A stretch of DNA of 64,000 nt from a virus: positions 1-64,000 of IMG/VR virus record IMGVR_UViG_3300037826_000058; one strand, given 5' to 3'. The position numbers were made by a program, and so were the translations under genes. How positions within the stretch are numbered: position 1 is the first letter of the stretch; every line of letters begins with the position of its first letter. The notes below the pieces were generated by a model. It was not told the DNA's origin. It was given only the letters and a program-made list of their open reading frames with translations, and made no database searches. Shown one piece after another: positions 57,101 to 64,000 of this stretch.

Positions 57101-59710
57101 TATTTCGTCAAAGTAGTAGCTTCCATATTCGTCCATCGCGCCAGAGCCAGGCTTGCCAAACTTGGCGCTTACCAGAGATGAGCTGCTGTTGCTCAGGCTT
57201 GTTAGGCTTAAATCAGGGCTACCGCTCACGTCATCAACCCAGAGCTTCATAAACCCATCGCCATCACCAGCGTACCAATCTATCTCAATCCAGTGGGGTT
57301 CATCTGTTATATTATGCCAGTATGCCCACCCTCCGGCGCTTTCGTAGATTGCCAAACGATGTGTTGAGGAAGCATAGTCTATTTGCATCCTGACAATGCC
57401 CGTTCCACCAGAGTTTTCCATTTGGAAAACAGTGTTCTCGTCAAAGTCAATGCTGTTGGGGTCTAGGTAGAAGCGTAATCTGACTCGTGTTTGACTGCTG
57501 AAATCCACCTGTCCAAACACAACACCCGACCCCGACGGTGCGACATCCATACCATAATCTGTGCTTGCCATGGCTGCCGTGGCATTTGCCGCAAGCGTAC
57601 CGTCTGTGGTGTCAGTGGAGTCAAATTCTGAGAGATCACCCTCCTCAAAATCAATATCGAAAAGGGATGCTAGGGTTGTTGTGGTCGTGGTGCTCGTGGT
57701 GGTGGTGCTTGTTGTTGTTGTCGTCGTTGTGGTAGTTGTCGTCGTTGTAGTTGTAGTGCTTGTGGTAGTCGTCGTCGTACTTGTTGTGGTCGTAGTGGTT
57801 GTTGTCGTGGTTGTGGTGGTTGTCGTGGTCGTCGTGGTCGTAGCGATACCTATCTCATCCCCGCTATCATTTGCCTCGAATTCGTCCATGTAGAACGTAC
57901 CAGATGTACCCGTGTCGATACCCCACGAAGGGCCAAAGTTCATCCAGGTAATACCCTCGAATCCAGCGTAGTTGTCTAGGCTGCTTATGCTATAATGGAA
58001 AATACCATCTACATATAGTCTTACTTCACCGTCTTCTGAGCTAGACGTACCAGCTCTTGAGACCCATACTTCTACATAGTGTGACGCATCACTGATGTTT
58101 CTCCAGCTACTGGTGTGATAAGTACCATCATCTTCTTTGGTTCTTGTTGCTATGCTATGTGAACCACTACCACTACTATCGTAGCTCATCAAAACCTCTA
58201 CGAAGTCGTGGTTGTTCGCGTTGGATGAACGAACGAGCACAATGGTAAAGTATTCTCCGTCAGCCATAGTCAAGCTGTTGGGGTCAACATAAATTCTGAA
58301 CCGCAAGTTTTGCGTGTCTACGGTGACATTTTTGCGACCATACATTGTTTCTTGGTCATCAATGACATATTGAACACCGTAATTTGTACCACCTAGCGCG
58401 GCCCCAGCAGCAACGGACATATCACCGCTCGCCGTATCGGCGCTGTCATATTCGCTTAGATCATTACCTTCGTGGGTAATGACAAAGAGTCGTCCTGTTG
58501 GAGCTAGGGTAGTTGTTGAAGTAGTGGTTGTACTGGTGGTTGTTGTCGTGGTGCTGGTGGTCGTTGTACTTGTCGTGCTGACTGTAGTAGTGCTGGTGGT
58601 GCTAACCGTAGTCGTGCTAGTGGTTGTTGTCGTGGTGGTTGTTGTTGTAGTTGTCGTTGTGCTAGTACCGCTTACATACTCATAGGCCCCAATATCATAA
58701 GCGTACCCTTGGGGGCGAGAATAGTCGTCGTAATCATCCGTTACTTCGGCTATGGTATCACCGCTGTCAATAGCAGGAGAACTAGACTGCAAATGATAAT
58801 CGCTACCCACACTTACAAACTGAGGATTGATGTATTGTGAGTGATCGCCATTGCTGGTGTTGGCAACATATTGAGATACGCTGTAGTAGCTGCCACCCCA
58901 GTAAATGGGGCTACTCACACCATAATAAATGTTGTAGTCGCTACTGACCTGACCCGTGCTGTGCGAGCCGACCTTCAATCCAATCTGTCCACCCGTTAGA
59001 TAAAAAATGTTGTTCTTGATGGTGGCATTGGTCACACCATCGATGCCTGACCCGGCTTCGTAGAAATCAATCGCCACATCGCAATCATAGAAAGTGTTAT
59101 TATAAATCTCGATGTCTTGGGCACCATCCGTCATGATCACGCCCCAATGTCCACCTTCGATGATGTTATTGTAAACCTTCAGCCCGTTGACATTGGTGTC
59201 GTGCCAACCGTGGATACTACCAGCGGTCGTGTTCCAAAAGTGGCAGCCCCGGATAGTCACATCGCCTACGTTGTTGCCCCCGGTGTAGATATGGTGGTCT
59301 TGATTGGTGTCGCTTCCGTTGTCGTGCATATCGAGGTCTTCGAGAATGATATGCCATGCACCGTTGTTGAGCAGGATTGCCCCGTTGCCCCACTGGTCAT
59401 CGTAGTTCCTAATTGTAAGACCAATGATGTGCAAATAATTCGACTGTAAGTATAGACACTCTCCTATGGAGTTTTGTCCATCGAAGATTGGTGTTTCACC
59501 GGGATAATTACGGAAGGTGATATAAGCACCACTTGTACCATCACCGCTTGACCAATCAGTTCCTCCTTGTCCATAGTACACACCCCCACGCGCATATAGA
59601 GTGTCACCTGGGCTAAGATATGTTGAGGCGTGCCCAAAGGTTCTCCATGGGTCATTGATTGTCCCGCTTCCACCGTCGTTCCCGCTAGGGGATATGTAAT
59701 AATTAGCCAT
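54140..59710 (-). CDS. Tail fibre/adhesin: beta-helix domain, four repeated lectin-like beta-sandwich domains, five poly-Thr linkers, C-terminal tail-fibre-like region
   Basis: YYISPSGND...PGDTLYARGGVY, NNTFY/NNIF repeats, DIGAYEY; repeats start (L/I)F.I.(H/F)E.G(D/N)(L/V)S; Thr/Ser tracts of about 28-57 aa. Confidence 0.8.
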   Translation of the reverse strand: MANYYISPSGNDGGSGTINDPWRTFGHASTYLSPGDTLYARGGVYYGQGGTDWSSGDGTSGAYITFRNYPGETPIFDGQNSIGECLYLQSNYLHIIGLTIRNYDDQWGNGAILLNNGAWHIILEDLDMHDNGSDTNQDHHIYTGGNNVGDVTIRGCHFWNTTAGSIHGWHDTNVNGLKVYNNIIEGGHWGVIMTDGAQDIEIYNNTFYDCDVAIDFYEAGSGIDGVTNATIKNNIFYLTGGQIGLKVGSHSTGQVSSDYNIYYGVSSPIYWGGSYYSVSQYVANTSNGDHSQYINPQFVSVGSDYHLQSSSPAIDSGDTIAEVTDDYDDYSRPQGYAYDIGAYEYVSGTSTTTTTTTTTTTTTTSTTTVSTTSTTTVSTTSTTTTSTTTTTTSTTTTSTTTLAPTGRLFVITHEGNDLSEYDSADTASGDMSVAAGAALGGTNYGVQYVIDDQETMYGRKNVTVDTQNLRFRIYVDPNSLTMADGEYFTIVLVRSSNANNHDFVEVLMSYDSSGSGSHSIATRTKEDDGTYHTSSWRNISDASHYVEVWVSRAGTSSSEDGEVRLYVDGIFHYSISSLDNYAGFEGITWMNFGPSWGIDTGTSGTFYMDEFEANDSGDEIGIATTTTTTTTTTTTTTTTTTTTSTTTTTTSTTTTTTTTTTTTTTTTSTTTTSTTTTTTLASLFDIDFEEGDLSEFDSTDTTDGTLAANATAAMASTDYGMDVAPSGSGVVFGQVDFSSQTRVRLRFYLDPNSIDFDENTVFQMENSGGTGIVRMQIDYASSTHRLAIYESAGGWAYWHNITDEPHWIEIDWYAGDGDGFMKLWVDDVSGSPDLSLTSLSNSSSSLVSAKFGKPGSGAMDEYGSYYFDEIYANSSGDSIGEATTTTTTTTTTTTTTTTTTTTTTSTTSTTTSTTTTSLTTTTTTTTTSTTTTTTSTIFCIDHEEGDLSDYDVTETGGGDLTVAAAAALAGTNYGLNILIDNTDNIYGIKNFSAPSTDLRIRFYIDPNSMTFGTDEWFWTFQVHCSSAPHEIADITLGYNGSDYQIRTYAEEDDYTEHYGSWVTITDASHYVEIHLERASNSTAGDGRLRMWVDGSLEDTISNLDNYDAFGVIDGIWVGPIWGIDAGTSGTLYMDEVVGNTTGTEIGPLTTTTTTTTTTTTTTTTSTTTTSTTTTTTTSTSTTSTTTTLASGELFNITHEYGNVSDWWDGSAGSDISINASSALAGTNYGLEILGDGDGGTDCRVWKDINPSADLRFRLYFHPHDTIRDYQLVESFPIWVGEGDGSGGVVNLLLRFFIFASSDEGTGITKLRVTAYQDGGLSSVSSSSYQTDTDVEEFVEIYIQRESSDGASDGQVDFYIHDVLQESLTGLENYNLFESTDVFVVGPENARRFNGTVSVDEIRANDDGDAIGPVATGTTTTTTTTTTTTTTSITTTSTTTTLASGQFRMDVKDSVSGAQLFAVSDILRMKAFDGTNVLDNWLKIHSVESGGDDYHSYVVERMDGTAGTFPSGTAVVNYGQSGSGYIKMTSDAADSPYIDIATHSGEPWTDATLHVRMGILSGLGIFTEPPTQPDDEYGIAVSSDLSSSTANHIVMSNYRLAIYGAEQEWWDNSGNVRGSVIPTATGAQDLFWLGTQASKKFRVTAEGNLYIASADLTITDGAFDLRSSTSGARIEITDTQIAGYDSNNVRQFYINASNGEAYCGGGAVTLDEDGIKLANDHLYPYNSIRWGSAEDASAYIQCRHTGSQTMYIRSVNAYLTGDNTSSIRIQATSLNTSTAGALITLSSAPSISFSLDGSTAMFLTGGNTFISGGLNVGGSSSDEPNAGEIHFNSSTYRLRRNGTHIEWYNGSSWVQLD

Positions 59711-59722
59711 ACTTGCCTCTTT

Positions 59723-60406
59723 TTAGTTAGTAGGTCTTAATGTTTCCCAGTTTGTAGGGAGAATAGAAGGGCGCCCTTTATATATTCCCCCTGTGAGAAC
59801 GGAGTTTTCTCCGAAATGATAGCAATATACACCTTTGATGTATCCCACCTGGTATCCTAAACGCCTAGCCCAACTGCACATTGTCATTTGCGGAGCTGTT
59901 CCTAAATCATGGCGGTGAGGGGTGCTCATCTGCCTACTGCATTTGCGTCTGATGAAGCTAAAGGTTCCCCCCACCACCTGACACACAACAACATCACCAC
60001 GATCTTCCTTTGTCACACGCTTGGCCCCAGGGTGGTCGAGGGCCATAATGCCTAAATCTTTGTGTTTTCTAATGGTTTGAATACCCTGTGATAACCAGTC
60101 CGGTTCGACATTAGGGCATAACATGTCATCATCAACATGTACGTAAACTGGTGATGCCCCAATGCGTGACTCTTGCATCAGGTTGTTCATCTGCCCCTGT
60201 TGTTCCTGATGCAACGTGATTGTTTCGAGCACCCCCTGTTGAAACAGACTAATTACATATTCTGTTGTACCGTCGCTTGATGCGTCATCAATAATGTGTA
60301 GCTTGTACGGTGACTTTGTGCAACGCCTTATGCGATTGAGTGTTCGTTTGAGATAGTCTATACGATTGGTTGTAGTGACAATGATGTCAATTGGTTCTAC
60401 ACCCAT
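59723..60406 (-). CDS. Glycosyltransferase, GT2 family
   Basis: IIVTTTNR, IIDDASSDGT, HVDDD. Confidence 0.9.
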   Translation of the reverse strand: MGVEPIDIIVTTTNRIDYLKRTLNRIRRCTKSPYKLHIIDDASSDGTTEYVISLFQQGVLETITLHQEQQGQMNNLMQESRIGASPVYVHVDDDMLCPNVEPDWLSQGIQTIRKHKDLGIMALDHPGAKRVTKEDRGDVVVCQVVGGTFSFIRRKCSRQMSTPHRHDLGTAPQMTMCSWARRLGYQVGYIKGVYCYHFGENSVLTGGIYKGRPSILPTNWETLRPTN

Positions 60407-61041
60407 CTGCTTTCAAACAACTGTTTGTTATGCACATATATTTCGTGTTGCCCCTTCAACTTCCCCCAGCTGGCGTTACCGACATGATTGACATGCCCCA
60501 CCTTCCGAAAGCGATATCCAGCTTGTTCGATGCGCTCCCACAAATCACGATCTTCAAACATACCCATCTGGTATCTTTCGTCTAGGATACCCACACGATT
60601 GATAACTTCACGCCTAGTCATCCACAGGGCTCCGAACATATGCCCCTTGGGGGCCTCCTCAATTCCCACCCTCCGCTTGGGGTCATGGTCTAGCAGATGC
60701 GAACTGATAGCACCAATACCGTCAATCCAAGCATGCTGTGCTTGTTCTATCCAATTATCTAGTATCTCGATGTCGTTGTTGGAAACTACTATCCAGTGAG
60801 AGGAAGATGCTTCTATGCCTTGATTAACCGCTGGCCCATATCCCCTGTTGGTTTTGTTTCTGATGTAAAAATCACTTACCGCTTTCATATAGGATATGCC
60901 TATAGTGGATGCGTTGTCAACAATGATAATATTGTGCTGGGGGCAATATTCTCTGAAACTGTCAACGCATCGCTTGGTATAACCTAGCAACTCCCTGTCT
61001 ATAATCCAGCATGGGATTATGATGTCAGCTCGGTTGTCCAT
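60397..61041 (-). CDS. Glycosyltransferase, GT2 family
   Basis: DIIIPCW, IVDNAS, NRGYGPAVNQG, NNDI, GILDERY..FEDRD. Confidence 0.9.
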   Translation of the reverse strand: MDNRADIIIPCWIIDRELLGYTKRCVDSFREYCPQHNIIIVDNASTIGISYMKAVSDFYIRNKTNRGYGPAVNQGIEASSSHWIVVSNNDIEILDNWIEQAQHAWIDGIGAISSHLLDHDPKRRVGIEEAPKGHMFGALWMTRREVINRVGILDERYQMGMFEDRDLWERIEQAGYRFRKVGHVNHVGNASWGKLKGQHEIYVHNKQLFESRWV

Positions 61042-62293
61042 GAACCCCCTCGATAGCGGAATGTAAGTTGTGTCGCCACACCGCATCTAGGCTGCGTGTA
61101 AGCCTTGCCCTTTGATGCGCTTTCATTATGGGGCTGTGTTCCATTTGTCGTTTAATGCACAACGCTACCCAATGCATATAGTCATTGCGGTTGCCGTACT
61201 CGGTTATTGTATCCCCTGGCATACCGTTGTTCAAATTGATGGATGAGCTGAATTTTGCCATTTGTGCATATCCTGCGTATTGATGGAATACAGATAGGTC
61301 GTAGTTGAGCATCAACCCCATACGTTTCCACATAGCCTCATGCAATATCAAGGGGTCGCTCTCGCTACGCGAGGGGTGTACCATTACGTCACCTACTTCC
61401 ATCAAGTCCATGACTACCCTGTGAGGTACGCTGTATCCTTTGTGGTCAGAGGTAAACAATACAATGTCTCCATAGTCCTCCTTGATTTTTTCACGGTAGC
61501 GCTTCTTGTCGCCCGCCGTGCTGTGAAAGTCACATATTACCACCTTTACACGCGCCCCCATTTGTTTAAGATGTTCAAATATTTCACAGATAATATGAGG
61601 TTGCTTGCCCCGATCTAGTCTACAGGGATAAACAGCGATAATGTCCATTTGCATCAGATCACTATCGTGTACAATTTCTTGTGAAAGGGGGTGCATCTCT
61701 CCCAAAAAATCAATTGGGTTTGGAATCACCAATACTTGGTCGCGTTCATATCCATACAATTGGCGCTTTCGCTCTATTTCCTCAGCATGCATCGCCACTA
61801 GATAAGAATACGGAAATTGCCCTACCAGCTCTTGCCCTAGTGTTTTGTCTAGTTGCATAACGCGGTCGGGTGTGCCCATGTTGGTTGCGCTGTGTACCCA
61901 ATGCAACCAGCGCATATCGGGTCGCTTCTTGGCTATTCTTCTTGCTGCTATATGGTGTTTCCACATATCTGGCTGATAAATCAGGTCGTGCGTCAAGACT
62001 ACATTAACATTAGATAGCGCATTCCCCATTTGCTCTTCGATGATGTCTATCTCCTTTTCGCTTTGTTGTGATATAACCTCAACACGGTTTTTACCAAAGC
62101 GACCAGATTCTATTTTGACAACCTCGGCACCGGGATAGTGTTTTGCATCATTATCGTTGAAATGCTCTCTTACCAGTAATTTATATTGATATCCTGCACG
62201 GTGGAGCATCTTTCCTTGGTCTCGTACCACTCGACACAGCGAGTAAGCGTTATCAAAATTAACGAAATCAGTTACTATTGCTACCTTTTTCAT
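61025..62293 (-). CDS. Glycosyltransferase, GT4/GT-B fold
   Basis: VIPNPID, YPCRLDRGK, HPSRSESDPLILHEAM. Confidence 0.85.
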   Translation of the reverse strand: MKKVAIVTDFVNFDNAYSLCRVVRDQGKMLHRAGYQYKLLVREHFNDNDAKHYPGAEVVKIESGRFGKNRVEVISQQSEKEIDIIEEQMGNALSNVNVVLTHDLIYQPDMWKHHIAARRIAKKRPDMRWLHWVHSATNMGTPDRVMQLDKTLGQELVGQFPYSYLVAMHAEEIERKRQLYGYERDQVLVIPNPIDFLGEMHPLSQEIVHDSDLMQMDIIAVYPCRLDRGKQPHIICEIFEHLKQMGARVKVVICDFHSTAGDKKRYREKIKEDYGDIVLFTSDHKGYSVPHRVVMDLMEVGDVMVHPSRSESDPLILHEAMWKRMGLMLNYDLSVFHQYAGYAQMAKFSSSINLNNGMPGDTITEYGNRNDYMHWVALCIKRQMEHSPIMKAHQRARLTRSLDAVWRHNLHSAIEGVHGQPS

Positions 62294-63150
62294 ATAGTAG
62301 TTACCTCATTTTCTAATACCCCAGCCTCAAGTACCATAAACGTTCCTCCAGCCGCGTGTATCTCTTCCTTGACAAAAATGGACGCTCGAAGCTCGCCCCT
62401 GATGGTTACATCATGCAACTCGGCTGTTCCATCAGCGTTGATGCGCATTCCCTTCAAACCACTTGTGAAGTTGCTTGATTGAATACGCTTGTTGGGGCCA
62501 TCTATCTGTATCACCGGGGAACCTGTTCCCACAGTTACCACACCATCGACATCCAGTGTGCCTATGTGTCCAGCATTGGCGTCGATAGTACCTGTTATGT
62601 TCGCATTTGTTGCAGTAAAAGCTCCTCCTTTGGTTACTCTAAACGGTGCCGAACCCGCTGTGCTGTGTCCAACCCAGATGCGATATGTGGCATCTTGAGC
62701 GTCTAACCTCACAATATCTGTACCGCTACCAAGCTCTAAATACCCGTCGGAATGTAGCGTGGCATTGTTCTTTGCTAGGTTGTCAGAGTTGATTGTCCAC
62801 CCACCGATTGCACCGGCGGTTGCGGTAATTGTACCTGTAATCGTTGCACTTGATGCTACCAGGTTCCCGTCGCTATCTACACGGAAGGGAGCTGACGCGC
62901 GGGTGGCGTTACCTGCCCAGAACCTCCAATCTGTACCCGCTGTGACCTCGGAATTTAGGCCAACCTGTCCGTTATCTGAAATCAGAGTGTAGACGCCAAT
63001 CTCAAAGCCACCAACATGCCCCCCTAGCAGATTGTTACGACCGCTTCCAGTAACAGCGGTGTAACCACCCGTCTTAGAGCGTGAAGCTACATAGGGTCGC
63101 AATGCATCTACGTCCCCCCTGACATTCCTTTTGTGTGGTCTAAGTGTCAT
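62290..63150 (-). CDS. Tail fibre/minor tail protein
   Basis: Repeated SAPFRV..G...A..A.ITGTI.A.AG.IG motifs; SSNFTSGLKGMRINADGTAE. Confidence 0.75.
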   Translation of the reverse strand: MTLRPHKRNVRGDVDALRPYVASRSKTGGYTAVTGSGRNNLLGGHVGGFEIGVYTLISDNGQVGLNSEVTAGTDWRFWAGNATRASAPFRVDSDGNLVASSATITGTITATAGAIGGWTINSDNLAKNNATLHSDGYLELGSGTDIVRLDAQDATYRIWVGHSTAGSAPFRVTKGGAFTATNANITGTIDANAGHIGTLDVDGVVTVGTGSPVIQIDGPNKRIQSSNFTSGLKGMRINADGTAELHDVTIRGELRASIFVKEEIHAAGGTFMVLEAGVLENEVTTI

Positions 63151-64000
63151 CGTAAATCACTCATTCGTGCTACTAATGCGTCCAACGAGTCATCCTCTAG
63201 ATCAAGAACTATTCTGAGTTGATTATTGGTAGAACTATACTCCATAGAAGTCGCTTGTGAGCACTGCAATCTATCCCAACTTGAAGTTAATAAATCGGCT
63301 GTCGGTATTAAGTCTGAAATCTTGAAATAGCTTTTTGAATACTTTATAGGTGACCACAAGGGATAACGTTTATTGTAACTATCGAGAATATAACCTGACG
63401 ACAAAACTATACTCTTAGATAAAAGTGGGTTACTGAATTTTTCCCGATACAGCTCTGCGTAGTTTTCAGCAATAGCTCTTGTTGCGTCGCCTGCAGACAC
63501 GATAATTTCTCTTCGCCAGTAATCCGATATACTGGTTGTATCTGTGAGATAAGATATTTGCGGTTCTATGCTTATCACCCCATCATTTTCCATGTCTCTA
63601 TAAATGACTTTAACCGCATTCCTCATTTCTTGCACTGAACGCTCCATTACTCTAGAACTTGGTGCTAGCATGGAACGGTAGATACTCCAATCATACGTAC
63701 CATCATTGACCTGTGCTTTGAAATATGGTATTGGTTTCTGAGGGCTTGTACCATCAAATGCGGCGTTTTTCAACCAATAATTCCACTGATTATTTGAACT
63801 GTCGCTCCATGATGATAGCTTGTCAATCAATTCCCCTGGATACATTCCACCCTGTTCAATAGGTGGTTCCCAAAACCCCACTACGGTGTTTGTCTCATCT
63901 ATGTTGCTCTGATTGTCGCTAGCAAAGGGAACGTCATTTGTTAGAGCCTCTTTAATAACTTCGCTGGTGGTTTTATAGGCGTAGTTCTTTAGCGCTTGGT
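63147..64000 (-). CDS. Minor tail protein, 5'-truncated by the window edge
   Basis: Reading frame stays open from 63881 to the window end; lies in the tail operon. Confidence 0.6.
   Translation of the reverse strand, partial: QALKNYAYKTTSEVIKEALTNDVPFASDNQSNIDETNTVVGFWEPPIEQGGMYPGELIDKLSSWSDSSNNQWNYWLKNAAFDGTSPQKPIPYFKAQVNDGTYDWSIYRSMLAPSSRVMERSVQEMRNAVKVIYRDMENDGVISIEPQISYLTDTTSISDYWRREIIVSAGDATRAIAENYAELYREKFSNPLLSKSIVLSSGYILDSYNKRYPLWSPIKYSKSYFKISDLIPTADLLTSSWDRLQCSQATSMEYSSTNNQLRIVLDLEDDSLDALVARMSDLR

Noticed and set aside
55287-58685. Poly-Val ORFs on the + strand
   Set aside because: Antisense shadows of the poly-Thr tracts; no RBS and opposite to the operon direction.
54140-63150. 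Diversity-generating retroelement acting on the tail fibre
   Set aside because: No RT gene and no near-identical TR/VR pair differing at adenines was seen.

Overview
The window is a 64-kb stretch of a large tailed dsDNA phage genome; no integrase, capsid gene or reverse transcriptase is visible in it. From left to right: (i) the start of an IscB/omega-RNA (OMEGA, IS200/IS605) element inserted just after the terminase large subunit gene; (ii) a + strand operon with HNH, a resolvase-like nuclease, RecA, SSB, an FtsK/SpoIIIE translocase and four coupled membrane-protein genes; (iii) a - strand block of small genes including an exonuclease, dCTP deaminase, a PAPS-reductase-like gene and a Dam-like methyltransferase; (iv) a ~740-bp non-coding divergence point; (v) an early-type region (24.6-40.3 kb) with many near-consensus sigma70 promoters, several structured non-coding RNA candidates and two families of dispersed palindromic sites; (vi) a class II ribonucleotide reductase with an intein, a DnaB-like helicase, four NrdR-box-like palindromes and a Rad52-like annealing protein; (vii) a - strand lysis/tail block in which three glycosyltransferase genes sit directly upstream of a 1856-aa fibre with mucin-like poly-Thr linkers. 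A Chloroflexota (Anaerolineae-like) host is my inference from protein style only. All family assignments come from motif recognition by eye; no database search was run.
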